From positions 1 to 43,360 of the forward strand of contig JBQTGV010000118.1 of NCBI GenBank assembly GCA_052390515.1: DNA of 43,360 nt, in the 5' to 3' direction. Of this stretch, positions 26,998 to 37,571 are shown one piece after another; position 1 is the first letter of the stretch, and the number at the start of each line of letters is the position of its first letter. The notes under the pieces are model-generated. The model worked only from the letters and a program-made list of their open reading frames with translations. It was not told the DNA's origin and made no database searches. The translations under genes and the position numbers were made by a program. This DNA comes from Candidatus Eiseniibacteriota bacterium (GTDB lineage: Bacteria; ARS69).

Positions 26998-28464
26998 CTA
27001 TTCCGGAATCAGGTACACCGGGCTCGACCAGGCCATGCCGCCGGACTGGTCCACGCCGCGCAGGTAGACCCAGGTCGGCGCGTCGACGGGCGGCGTCGTG
27101 GCGGTGAGCTCGATCACCTCCGCGTCCGGGCCTTCGGGCGTCAGCGTTCCGACGGGTCCTGCCGGACCGATGAACTCCAGGCGCACCCACTGGGTCGTCG
27201 AGCCGAGCGCGCCGTAGAGGTTCGCGCGGTGCCCCTTCGGGACACGCAGCTCCGATCCCATCGGGGCGCCGTCCACCGTGAATTCCAGAAGGTAGCGGAG
27301 GCCGGTCGTCGCGTAGCAGCGTCGCGCGCGGAGCGCCTCCAGGATGGCCTCGTGAGTGAGCTCCTTGGCCAGCACCGCGGTGAGCCCGCCGGCGTAGCGG
27401 TGATCCTCCATGGTGAACCCGCGCGGGTTGCCCGGCGTGGAGAGCCGCGTGTCGCTCGTCCCGACGACTCCGACGCGCAGACCTCGGGCGAGCAGGTCGT
27501 GGAAGAAGGCGCCGGCGGTCTCCCGGGTCGTGGGCAGCGTCGATCCGGGCGCTTCGAAGCACCCCAGCGAAGAGTAGATCTCGACGAGCTGCTCGGAGCC
27601 GATCGAAGCCGGATCCACCGCCGGAGCCATCGCCGAGCCGGAGGGATGCGCGACGGTAGTCACCGAGCCCGGCGGAAGCGCCGCGGCCAGCTTCGCCGGC
27701 GTATCGATGCCCGCGGCCACGGTGGGGAGCGCGGCCGGCGGAGTGGAGAAGATGACCAGGCGGTTGCCGTACTCCTTGGACGTCCACTCGAACCCGACGA
27801 ACCCGATGAATCGGCCGACCTCGGTGTGCTCGTCCGAAACCGTCTTGGTGATGTCCGAGAACGCCACGTCGTCGAGGACCTTCTCGAGCGTCGCCTCGCG
27901 GTCGTTGTCCGTCAGCACGGCGAAGTCGATCAGCCCGACTGCCTTCCCGTACCAGAAGAAGACGCCCGGAGCCTTCATCCCCGAGGAAAGATCCGAGTGT
28001 CCGTTGAGGTCGCCCCAGAAGATGCGGTACTCGGGGTTCTCCGTGACGTTGAACGCGTTGGCGAGCGACTGCACCGTGTCGCCGGGCACAGAAGCGCGGA
28101 GGAAGTGCACACCGGTCTCGGGGAAGACCACGTCGGCGATGCGGAACCAGCCCTCCTTCATGGGCTCCACCGCCATGTCCTCCGCGAACTGCACGCTCGC
28201 CGGCTTCGTCTCGATGCGGAACGCGCCCTCGAAATCGTAGTCGGGAAGGCCGGCCTGGGTGAGCACGCGCAGCCGGACCTCGGTCTTCTCGCCGCGCACG
28301 ACCACCGAGGGCATGACCACGTGGAGATAGGTCCCGCGCTCACCCGGCGCCTCCTCCGGCGCGGCCTCGCTCTCGACGTTCTCGGCGTCGCCGCCGCCGC
28401 CGCCGCAACCGGCCAGCAGCGGTAGGAACGCCAGCGCGGCGAGTCTCCCGCGGACAACCCTCAT
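26998..28464 (-). CDS. Lipoprotein with PHP-like (CehA/McbA / DUF3604-like) domain, degenerate metal ligands
   Basis: AGGAGG then ATG at 28464. Lipobox LLAG-C. FWGDLNGHS, DFAVLTDN, GFEWT, LVEIYS, GGLTAVLA...EALRARRCYATTG and AWSSPVY motifs. Confidence 0.75.
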   Translation of the reverse strand: MRVVRGRLAALAFLPLLAGCGGGGGDAENVESEAAPEEAPGERGTYLHVVMPSVVVRGEKTEVRLRVLTQAGLPDYDFEGAFRIETKPASVQFAEDMAVEPMKEGWFRIADVVFPETGVHFLRASVPGDTVQSLANAFNVTENPEYRIFWGDLNGHSDLSSGMKAPGVFFWYGKAVGLIDFAVLTDNDREATLEKVLDDVAFSDITKTVSDEHTEVGRFIGFVGFEWTSKEYGNRLVIFSTPPAALPTVAAGIDTPAKLAAALPPGSVTTVAHPSGSAMAPAVDPASIGSEQLVEIYSSLGCFEAPGSTLPTTRETAGAFFHDLLARGLRVGVVGTSDTRLSTPGNPRGFTMEDHRYAGGLTAVLAKELTHEAILEALRARRCYATTGLRYLLEFTVDGAPMGSELRVPKGHRANLYGALGSTTQWVRLEFIGPAGPVGTLTPEGPDAEVIELTATTPPVDAPTWVYLRGVDQSGGMAWSSPVYLIPE

Positions 28465-28552
28465 CTCGGTACCTCCTGGCCGCAAGGCCGTTCGTGTGCG
28501 GGCGCCCAGCGCGCCCGCAAGCATAGAGGACGACCCCGGCGTCGTCGACGGC

Positions 28553-30648
28553 TCAGACCCGCTGCTCCTCCGGCACGGCCAGGCGGGAGAGATCGGCCAG
28601 CCCCTGCACGCGATCGACGATGCGCCCGAGCAGACGAAGCCGGTTCACGCGCACGCGAGGATCCTCCGCCAGCACGAGCACGTGGTCGAAGAAGCCGTCG
28701 ATCGGGGCTCTCAGCGAGGCGAGCCCGGCAAAAGCGTCGGCGTAGCGGTGCTCGCGCTCGGCCTCGGCCACGGCGCTCTCCACCGCGATCCAGGCGTCGA
28801 ACAGCGCCCGCTCGGCGCGCTCGGACAGGAGCGCCGCTTCCGGAGCGCCCTCCGCCGAGTCCTTCTTGAGAATGTTGCGCGCACGCTTGAATCCCGCCGC
28901 CAGCGCCTCGAAGTCCTCGCGGCGCGCGTCGCGGAGCTCGGCGAGCGCCCGCGCGCGAGCCAGAGCATCCAGGGGATTCGGGTCGGCCGCAGCCAGCACC
29001 GCGGCGACGACGTCCGCGGCGATGCCGGCCTCGTCGACGAGCCAGCCGGCCAGCCGGTCGCGCACGAAATCCGCGCACTCGCCGACGACGGGCTCGGGCA
29101 CGACGACGCCGTACCCCTCGGCCGCTCTGGCGAGCAGGCTTCGCACCGACACGTCGCGGCGCCGGTCGGCGAGGATGCGGATGATCCCGAGCGCCCCTCG
29201 GCGGAGCGCGAAGGGATCCTTGGATCCGGTCGGCTTCTGGCCCGCGGCCCACACGCCGATCATCGTGTCCAGGCGGTCGGCCAGCGCGAGGCACGCTCCC
29301 GCTTCGGTCGCGGGCAGCGCGTCCCCGGCGAAGCGCGGCCGGTACTGTTCCTCGAGCGCCGCGGCGACCTCTTCCGGTTCGCCCTGGCGTAGCGCGTACT
29401 CGCGGCCCATCACGCCTTGCAGCGCGGTGAACTCCTTTCCGTCCCGGATCATCGCGCAGACGAGATCGGCCTTGGCGAGCAGTGACGCCCGCTGGACCGC
29501 GGCCCGCGTCTCGGCAGGCAGCCGCTCCGCCAGGAACGCGGCGAGCTTCGCCACGCGCGCGGACTTGTCGCCCAGCGAGCCGAATCCCTCCAGCCACACG
29601 ACGCGCTGGAGCGAGGGCACCTTCGCCTCGAGCGTCGTCCTCAAGTCCTCGTTCCAGTAGAAACGCGCGTCGTCGAGGCGAGCGCGGAGCACGCGCTGAT
29701 TCCCGTCGGTCACCCTCGGTGCGGCCTCGGGTGCGCCGTTGGAGACGGCGAGGAAGTTCGGCAGCAGCTTCCCGCCCGCGCCGACGACCGCGAAGTAACG
29801 CTGGTGGCTGCGCATGGCCGTGGTGATGACCGGCGCGGGCAGCTCCAGGAACTCGCGGTCGAACGTGCCCGCGATCACCGAGGGCGTCTCGACCAGGAAC
29901 GAGACTTCCTCCACGAGGCCGGGGTCGGGTACGAGCGTCCCGCCGACCTTCGCCGCCGCCTCGACGAGAGCCGCCTCGATCCGCGCCGCGCGTTCCGCGG
30001 CCACGAGGATGACGCGGCCGCGCCCGAGAGCGGCGGGATAGTCCGCGGCGCTCGCCACCGGGAACGGACCGCGGGCGAGGACTCGATGACCGTGCGTGAT
30101 TCGGTCCGAGGAGACTCCCTCGATGGCGAACGGGATCACGCGGTCCCCGAGCAGCGCGAGGATCCAGCGGATCGGGCGGGGGAAGCGGAAGCGTTCCGTC
30201 CCCCAGCGCATGGTCTTCGGGAACGCCAGCTTCGCGAGGATTCCGGGCAGCGCTTCCGCCAGCAGGTCGACGGCGGGCCGGCCCTCCACCTGCACGGTCG
30301 CGCCGGCGTACGGGCCGCGTTCCGTCTCGATCGGGCGAAGGTTCTCGACGGAGAGACCCTTCCCCCTGGCGAATCCTTCCGCGGCCTTCGTCGCCCTTCC
30401 GTCGGGGCCGAACGCCGCCTTCCACGGTGGACCGGTCACCACCTCGGTGCGGTCCTCCTGGCGCTCGGGAACCCCGCGCGCGAGAAGGACGAGGCGTCGA
30501 GGCGTCGCGTGGGTCTCCAGCGCGGCGGGCTCCAGCCGGGAGGCGGCGAAGAACGCCTGCGCCTCCGAGCGGAGCTGCTCCACGGCAGGCGGAAGGTAGC
30601 CCGCGGGGACCTCCTCGGTGCCGATCTCGCAGACGAGATCGTGACGCG

Positions 30649-30652
<4 letters not shown>
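28553..30652 (-). CDS. glyS: Glycine--tRNA ligase beta subunit
   Basis: [57 protein letters not shown] motifs. GTG at 30652 overlaps the glyQ stop. Confidence 0.97.
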
Positions 30653-31536
<884 letters not shown>

Positions 31537-31595
31537 TCCGTCTCCGGTGCCGGGAAGCGGGGCCTGCCGCGCTGCGGGGCGAATCGAGGGCAGGA

Positions 31596-31658
31596 AGTAT
31601 AGCCCATCCGAGCCTGCCCGGCAGGCGCGTTTCCGGGGCGGCGGTTCCGTGCTATCTT
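31596..31658. promoter_or_regulatory. Divergent -10 elements for glyQS (TATACT, minus) and the PTS-IIA operon (TG-c-TATCTT, plus)
   Basis: Minus-strand TATACT at 31601-31596. Plus-strand extended -10 with TG at 31650-31651 and TATCTT at 31653-31658. These are the only AT-rich hexamers in a GC-rich gap. Confidence 0.5.
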
Positions 31659-31697
31659 GCCTGCGAGACTCCCTCGAGCGAGGAAAACCCGACCGGC

Positions 31698-32174
31698 ATG
31701 ACCCCACCCGCCGCGAACCTCCTGGCGTATTTCGACGAGAAACGGTTCATCCCGGCGCTCCGCGCGAAGAGCAAGGCCGGCGTCCTCAAGGAGCTGGCGG
31801 TGTGCATGGCCGAGAACGGCGACATCCGCCATCCGGATCTGCTCCTCGACGCGATGCTCTCGCGGGAGAAGCTCGGCTCCACCGCGATCGGCAAGGAAGT
31901 GGCGATCCCGCACAGCCGCACGCTCTCCGTGCCGAACCTCGTGGCGCTGGTCGCCCGCTCCAAGGCCGGAGTCGACTGGGGTGCGGCCGACGAGAAGCCG
32001 GTGAAGCTGTTCTTCCTCGTCGTCGCGCCGCCGCAGGAGCGGCAGAACACGTACCTCCCGCTGCTCGGCGCCCTGGTGAGCGCGATGCAGCGGAAGAAGG
32101 ACCGGGACCGCATCCTCGCGGCGAAGGACTTCGCGGACGTCGAGTCCGCGCTGGCGGAGTCGTTCCGTGGCTGA
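31698..32174 (+). CDS. PTS EIIA domain protein (fructose/nitrogen type, PtsN-like)
   Basis: [17 protein letters not shown] (phospho-His) and [17 protein letters not shown] motifs. Confidence 0.9.
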   Translation: MTPPAANLLAYFDEKRFIPALRAKSKAGVLKELAVCMAENGDIRHPDLLLDAMLSREKLGSTAIGKEVAIPHSRTLSVPNLVALVARSKAGVDWGAADEKPVKLFFLVVAPPQERQNTYLPLLGALVSAMQRKKDRDRILAAKDFADVESALAESFRG

Positions 32175-32502
32175 CGCCATGCAGAAGCTGGCTGCGCTGC
32201 AGGACATCGACCTGATGATCCGTGAGTACAAGAACGAAGAGGAAATGGGCTTCGACACCAGGGGGCTGGAGACCCTGGAGAAGGCGCGCGCGCGCCTCGC
32301 GGCGGAGATCGACGGCCGCTGGCTTCGCCTCTACGAGCGCCTGCGCCAGAAGCACGACCGCGCCGTCGTGCCGGTGATCGACCACACCTGCCTGGGCTGC
32401 TCCATGGCCGTCCCCACCGCGAAGCGCAAGAGCGGCGAGGACCGGTCTTCCAACATCATGGTCGTCTGCGAGAGCTGCGGGCGAATCCTCTTCTTCGTCT
32501 GA
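32167..32502 (+). CDS. Short C4-type zinc-ribbon protein (DUF164-like)
   Basis: LQDID N-terminus, LYERLR, CLGC...CESCGRIL. Overlaps the PTS gene by 8 nt. Confidence 0.8.
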   Translation: MADAMQKLAALQDIDLMIREYKNEEEMGFDTRGLETLEKARARLAAEIDGRWLRLYERLRQKHDRAVVPVIDHTCLGCSMAVPTAKRKSGEDRSSNIMVVCESCGRILFFV

Positions 32503-32524
32503 CCCGGTCCGCGCGCGGAACGCC

Positions 32525-33910
32525 GTGAGCCCCTCGTTCGTTCCCTTCGAGGCGAAGATGCGGAAGGGCGGCGTGCCCGAGGCGGCCATCCGCGCGTTCC
32601 GCCACTACTGGGAGCAGCTCGTCGCCGGGGAGACCGGGCTGCTCTCCGAAGCCGAGATCATCCCGGTCGAGCATCTGCCCGACTCCCGCGACGTCGCCGC
32701 CTGGCGCGATCGCGGCGCCGAGGCGCTGGCCGGGACCGTGGTCATCAAGCTCAACGGCGGACTCGGCACCAGCATGGGCATGACCCGCGCGAAGTCGCTG
32801 CTCGCCGTGCGCGGTGACTCCACGTTCCTCGACTTCACCGCGCGCCAGATCCTGCATCTGCGCCGCGAGCACGGCTGCCGGCTGCCGCTCGTGCTCATGA
32901 ACAGCTTCCGCACGCGGGACGATTCGCTGCATGCGCTGCGCGCGTACCCGGAGCTCGATGTCGGACTCCCGCTCGACTTCCTGCAGAACAAGGTGCCCAA
33001 GGTCCTCGCCGAGGACGGCTCGCCCGCGTCGATGCCCGGCGACCCCGAGCACGAGTGGTGCCCGCCCGGTCACGGCGACATCTACACCGCCCTGGTCACC
33101 TCGGGCCTCCTCGCCTCCCTGCTCGAGCGCGGCTTCGAGCACGCGTTCGTCTCCAACTCGGACAACCTCGGCGCCGTGCTCGATCTGCCGGTGCTCGGCT
33201 GGTTCGCCGGGGAGAACCTGCCCTTCCTCATGGAAGTCTGCGAGCGCACCGAGGCGGACAAGAAGGGCGGCCACCTCGCCGCGCGCCAGGGCGGCGGGCT
33301 CGTGCTGCGCGAGGTGGCGCAGTGTCCGGAGAGCGAGATGCGCTCCTTCCAGGACATCCGCCGCTACCGCTTCTTCAACACGAACACGCTGTGGGTGAAC
33401 CTCGTCACGCTGCAGCGCGTGCTCGGCGAGCAGCAGGGGTTCCTGCCCCTGCCGCTCATCCGCAACGCGAAGACGCTGGACCCGACGGACGACACGAGCC
33501 CCCGCGTGTTCCAGCTGGAGACGGCGATGGGCGCGGCCATCTCCGTGTTCGAGGGCGCGCGGGCCATCCTCGTCCCGCGCGAGCGCTTCCTGCCGGTGAA
33601 GACCACGAACGACCTGCTGGGGATCCGCTCCGACGTCTACCGCACGACCGAGGATCACCGCATCGTTCCGGTCGAGGGCCGCAGCGTCGGGGACCTCGTG
33701 GTCGATCTGGACGCGCGCTGGTTCCGCCGCGTCGACCAGCTCGAGCAGCGCTTCCCGTTCGGGCCGCCGTCGCTCGAGCGCTGCCGGCGTCTCACCGTCC
33801 GGGGCGACGTGCGCTTCGGCCGCGGCGTCGTCTGCCGCGGCGAGCAGGTCTCGGTCGTGCACGAGGCCGCCGGCACGCTCTCCATCCCGGACGGCGAGGT
33901 GCTGGGCTGA
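32525..33910 (+). CDS. UTP--glucose-1-phosphate uridylyltransferase, eukaryote-like UDPGP family
   Basis: KLNGGLGTSMG, LMNSF, WCPPGHGDIY, SNSDNLGA, DKKGGHL, FFNTNTLW, QLETAMGAAI and RFLPVK motifs. Confidence 0.93.
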   Translation: MSPSFVPFEAKMRKGGVPEAAIRAFRHYWEQLVAGETGLLSEAEIIPVEHLPDSRDVAAWRDRGAEALAGTVVIKLNGGLGTSMGMTRAKSLLAVRGDSTFLDFTARQILHLRREHGCRLPLVLMNSFRTRDDSLHALRAYPELDVGLPLDFLQNKVPKVLAEDGSPASMPGDPEHEWCPPGHGDIYTALVTSGLLASLLERGFEHAFVSNSDNLGAVLDLPVLGWFAGENLPFLMEVCERTEADKKGGHLAARQGGGLVLREVAQCPESEMRSFQDIRRYRFFNTNTLWVNLVTLQRVLGEQQGFLPLPLIRNAKTLDPTDDTSPRVFQLETAMGAAISVFEGARAILVPRERFLPVKTTNDLLGIRSDVYRTTEDHRIVPVEGRSVGDLVVDLDARWFRRVDQLEQRFPFGPPSLERCRRLTVRGDVRFGRGVVCRGEQVSVVHEAAGTLSIPDGEVLG

Positions 33911-35055
33911 GCGCGAAGCCTGCGGACCGCCCGCTACGCGGCGCTCGCCGCCTCGCGTTCCTGGCTGCCGGAGTCGCCGTCTTCCTGATCCACCTCGCGC
34001 TCGCGAAGGCCCCGGGACTGGCCGAGGCCGTGTGGGGACGTGCCGGGCTCGCCGTGGCCTGGGGGCTCTCCCGAGTGACCGGACTCGTACCGTGGTCCGT
34101 CGCCGAGGTCCTGATCCTGCTGGTGCTCGCCCTCTTCCTGACGCTGCTCGTGCGCGGGGTCGCCGACGTGGCCCGCGGCCGGCGCCGCCTCGTCAACCTG
34201 CTCGCCGGCGGAGCGCTGCTCGGTGCGCAGGTCACCGGCCTGATCGTCGGCGGCTTCTACCTGCTGTGGGGATTCGGGTACTCGCGCCCGCGGCTGGAAG
34301 AGCGCTTCGACTGGCCGTCGGGCGCAGCCGCTTCGCCCAGCGAGCTCGAGGGCCTCGCCCGGGAGATGCTCGACGCGACGAACCACGCGTACCGCGACGT
34401 GCACGGCACCGACGACGCCCTTGCACCGACGGCGCTCGACCACCCCGCCGTCCTCGAACCCGCGCTGGAGGAAGGCTGGCGGCGGGCGGCGCGGGCTGCC
34501 GGCCTCGGCGGACTCCCCGAGCGTGGCGAGTACGGGCGCATCAAGCGGCCGCTCGTGCTCTCGCTCGCGCTGGACTGGCTGGGGATCTCCGGTTTCTATC
34601 TGCCATTCACCGGCGAAGCGAACGTGAACCGAGGCCTGCCGGCGGCGAGCTACCCCATGACCGCGGCGCACGAGAAGGCCCACCAGAGGGGCTTCAACCC
34701 GGAGAACGAGGCGAACTTCTTCGGCTTCCTCGCCGCGGTCAACTCTCCCGATCCCCTGGCGCGCTACTCCGCGCTCCTCTTCGCCCAGCGCCAGCTGCTG
34801 ACCGCGCTGGCCACGCTGGACGAGGAGCGCGTCGGGTTGCTGCTCCGGCAGCGGCTTCCCGGCGTTCAGCGCGACGTCGACGACATCCGCGACTACTGGG
34901 CGCGGTTCGAGGGTCCGGCCCGGGAAGCGAGCCGCCGCACGAACGACGCGTTCCTGCGCACCAATCGCGTGGAGGGAGGGGTGGCGAGCTACGGGCGCAG
35001 CGTGGAGCTGCTCGTCGCGTGGGCGCGGGAGCGCGGTGGCACACTCGCGCCGTGA
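33907..35055 (+). CDS. DUF3810-like membrane-anchored zincin (HEXXH) protein; start uncertain
   Basis: PWSVAE, LWGFGYSR, GISGFYLPFTGEANVN and AHEKAHQRGFNPENEANF motifs. Start placed at the in-frame CTG overlapping the upstream stop. Confidence 0.75.
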   Translation: MSAKPADRPLRGARRLAFLAAGVAVFLIHLALAKAPGLAEAVWGRAGLAVAWGLSRVTGLVPWSVAEVLILLVLALFLTLLVRGVADVARGRRRLVNLLAGGALLGAQVTGLIVGGFYLLWGFGYSRPRLEERFDWPSGAAASPSELEGLAREMLDATNHAYRDVHGTDDALAPTALDHPAVLEPALEEGWRRAARAAGLGGLPERGEYGRIKRPLVLSLALDWLGISGFYLPFTGEANVNRGLPAASYPMTAAHEKAHQRGFNPENEANFFGFLAAVNSPDPLARYSALLFAQRQLLTALATLDEERVGLLLRQRLPGVQRDVDDIRDYWARFEGPAREASRRTNDAFLRTNRVEGGVASYGRSVELLVAWARERGGTLAP

Positions 35056-35105
35056 CCGCCCTCTCAGGAATCGAATCGCGAAGATCGCCTCGCGGCGTGC
35101 CAGTC

Positions 35106-37571
35106 CTACCCCGCGGCCTTCGCGCCATCCAGCGCGTCGCGCACCTTCCGGGACAGCGCCTCCAGCGAGAACGGCTTCTGGAGATAGGACGCTTCGGCGT
35201 GCGCGACGCCGTACTTCACCGTGGAATCCTCGGCGGTGTAGCCGGACATGTAGATCACGCGCAGGCCTTTGCGAACGAGCTGCGCGCGCTTGACGAGTTT
35301 GCCGCCGCTCATGCCCGGCATGATCACGTCGGAGAGCAGCAGGTCGATCGCGGGCTCCGGCTTCGCCAGGATCTCCAGCGCGGCCGGACCCGATCCGGCC
35401 TGCAGGACGCGGTAGCCCATGCTCTCGAGAACCTCCACGGCCATCTCGCGCACGTCGATCTCGTCCTCGACCACCAGGATCGTCTCGGTCCCGCGCGGGA
35501 AGTCCGTGCGCAGCGCCACCTCCTGGATCCCCGACGAGCTCTTCGCGTAGACCCGCGGGAAGTGGATGTAGAACGTGGTGCCGACGCCGCGCTCGCTGAC
35601 CACGTCGATCGTGCCGCCGCTCTCTTTGACGATGCCGTACGAGGAGGACAGGCCGAGCCCGGTGCCGCGGCCCTGGCCCTTCGTCGTGAAGTACGGCTCG
35701 AACAGTCGGTTCCGTGTCGACTCGTCCATGCCGCAGCCGTCGTCACGGACCTCGAGCAGCACGCGTCGCGAGGCGGCGTTCGGCCCGCTCGCGTCGCCGG
35801 AGGGTGCTTCCACGTCGGCGCGCGCCACCTTGATCCACAGGTGGCCGCCGTCCGGCATCGCATCCCGGGAGTTGACCGCCAGGTTCATCACGACCTGCTC
35901 GATCTGTCCGCGGTCGCCTTCGATCCGGCAGGCCCTCTCGTCCAGCAGGATCTCCAGCGCGACGTCCGCGCCGACCAGGCTCTTGAGCATCGCCTCGATC
36001 CCGGCGACGACGTCGCGCACGTCCAGCACCTCGGTCTTGTGCACGTCCTTGCGGCTGAACGCCAGCAGCTGCCGGGTGAGCAGCGAGCCGCGGACCGCGG
36101 CCTTGCGGACGCTCTCCACCGTGGTGCGCAGCCGATCCTGGCCGTCCAGCCGGCTGATGATGAGCTCACTCTGGCCCTGGATCACCGCCAGCAGGTTGTT
36201 GAAGTCGTGCGCCACGCCGCCGGCCAGCCTGCCGATGGCCTCCATCTTCTGGGAGTGGCGCAGCTCGGCCTCGAGCCGGCGCTTCTCGGTCACGTCCTGG
36301 AACTCGACCAGCACCACCGGCGCGCCGTCGAGATCGAAGCGGGCCGCGCTCATGTTCACGACCAGCTCGCCTCCCGAGGCGGAGCGGAGCACGCGCTCCG
36401 ACGTGGGCGGGCGCTCCCGGGCGAACGCGCGCGTGTACTCTTGCCACGCCGCCGGCCAGTCGCGCTCGTCGTGCAGCCGCTGGACGGGCAGCCCGACCAG
36501 CTCGGCGAGCCCGATCAGGCGGCACGCTTCGGGATTGGCCAGCACGACCTTCCACGCCTCCGGCTCGACCATGAGCATCGCGTCGGAGCTTCGCTCGAAG
36601 AGCAGCCGGTACCTCGCCTCGGAGCGGCGCAGCGTGTCCAGGTTGCTGAGGTCCTGGATGAGAACGAGGATCTCGTCGGGTCGGCCGTCCGGCCCCTTCA
36701 CCGGCAGCGCCGTCAGATACAGCGTGCGTCCTTCCCCCGCCACCGTGACCTGGAACTCCTGGTGCACGATCTCGTTTTCGCGGAAGGCCCGCGCGATGGG
36801 ACAGCGCCCGCTGCCCGGGTCCGGCCCGGAGAGCCCGATGCGTCGCCACACTTCCTGCAACGGCTGCCCGATCCAGCTCGGCGGTCCTCCTGCGCCGCTC
36901 AGGCGGTCCGCCGTGGCGGTGTTGGTCCAGTGCACCGTGTAGCTCGCGTCGACGACGACCGTGTACGTGTCGCTCTGGTTCACCACGGCGACGAACTTCT
37001 GCCGCTCGCGGTCGAGCATGCGCAGCTGCTGGTCCAGCGTCTTGAAGTAGCGCTCCTGCTGTTCGCGTTCGGCGCGCAACCGCCCCAGGTCCTGGACGCA
37101 CCCGAACCGACCGCCCACCAGGCGAAGGAGCTCGCCGAGCGCCGCCGTGTCCGAGGGATTGGCCAGCGGGCTCGAGCGCGGCGCGGCGAGACACACGGCG
37201 AGGAGCGCGGGGGCGGAGCCGCTGGACCACGCGTGGCACCATACCAGGTGCCGGTCGGCACCCGGAGCGGTCTCTTCCAGCACCGGCTCGCCTCTCTCTC
37301 GCGCGCGTTTCACGACGTCGACGAAGCGGCCGCGCAGCTCCTGGCGGAACGTCTCGTTGGCGGGGTGCCAGAACTCGTCGGCGACGGTTCCGTCGGCGTG
37401 CAGGCGGAACACCGCGGCCAGCCCACCGGACGCGCCCGCGAAGAGAGCCGCCGCGCGGGTCAGCACGACGCCCGGCTTGTCCGCCTCCAGCACCGACGCG
37501 ACCGATGACAGCAGCTCCTGCGAGCTGCCGGAGCCGTTCAGCGCGATGGCTCGGAGGCCGGTGGAGCTCAC
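35106..37571 (-). CDS. Hybrid sensor histidine kinase (GAF-like, two PAS, HisKA, HATPase, receiver; CckA-like)
   Basis: SQKMEAIGRLAGGVAHDFNNLL H-box, NLAVNSRDAM, DDGCGM, FEPYFTTK, GTGLGL. Receiver ILVVED...LLLSDVIMPG...KPF. GTG at 37571 (GTGA overlap). Confidence 0.93.
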   Translation of the reverse strand: MSSTGLRAIALNGSGSSQELLSSVASVLEADKPGVVLTRAAALFAGASGGLAAVFRLHADGTVADEFWHPANETFRQELRGRFVDVVKRARERGEPVLEETAPGADRHLVWCHAWSSGSAPALLAVCLAAPRSSPLANPSDTAALGELLRLVGGRFGCVQDLGRLRAEREQQERYFKTLDQQLRMLDRERQKFVAVVNQSDTYTVVVDASYTVHWTNTATADRLSGAGGPPSWIGQPLQEVWRRIGLSGPDPGSGRCPIARAFRENEIVHQEFQVTVAGEGRTLYLTALPVKGPDGRPDEILVLIQDLSNLDTLRRSEARYRLLFERSSDAMLMVEPEAWKVVLANPEACRLIGLAELVGLPVQRLHDERDWPAAWQEYTRAFARERPPTSERVLRSASGGELVVNMSAARFDLDGAPVVLVEFQDVTEKRRLEAELRHSQKMEAIGRLAGGVAHDFNNLLAVIQGQSELIISRLDGQDRLRTTVESVRKAAVRGSLLTRQLLAFSRKDVHKTEVLDVRDVVAGIEAMLKSLVGADVALEILLDERACRIEGDRGQIEQVVMNLAVNSRDAMPDGGHLWIKVARADVEAPSGDASGPNAASRRVLLEVRDDGCGMDESTRNRLFEPYFTTKGQGRGTGLGLSSSYGIVKESGGTIDVVSERGVGTTFYIHFPRVYAKSSSGIQEVALRTDFPRGTETILVVEDEIDVREMAVEVLESMGYRVLQAGSGPAALEILAKPEPAIDLLLSDVIMPGMSGGKLVKRAQLVRKGLRVIYMSGYTAEDSTVKYGVAHAEASYLQKPFSLEALSRKVRDALDGAKAAG

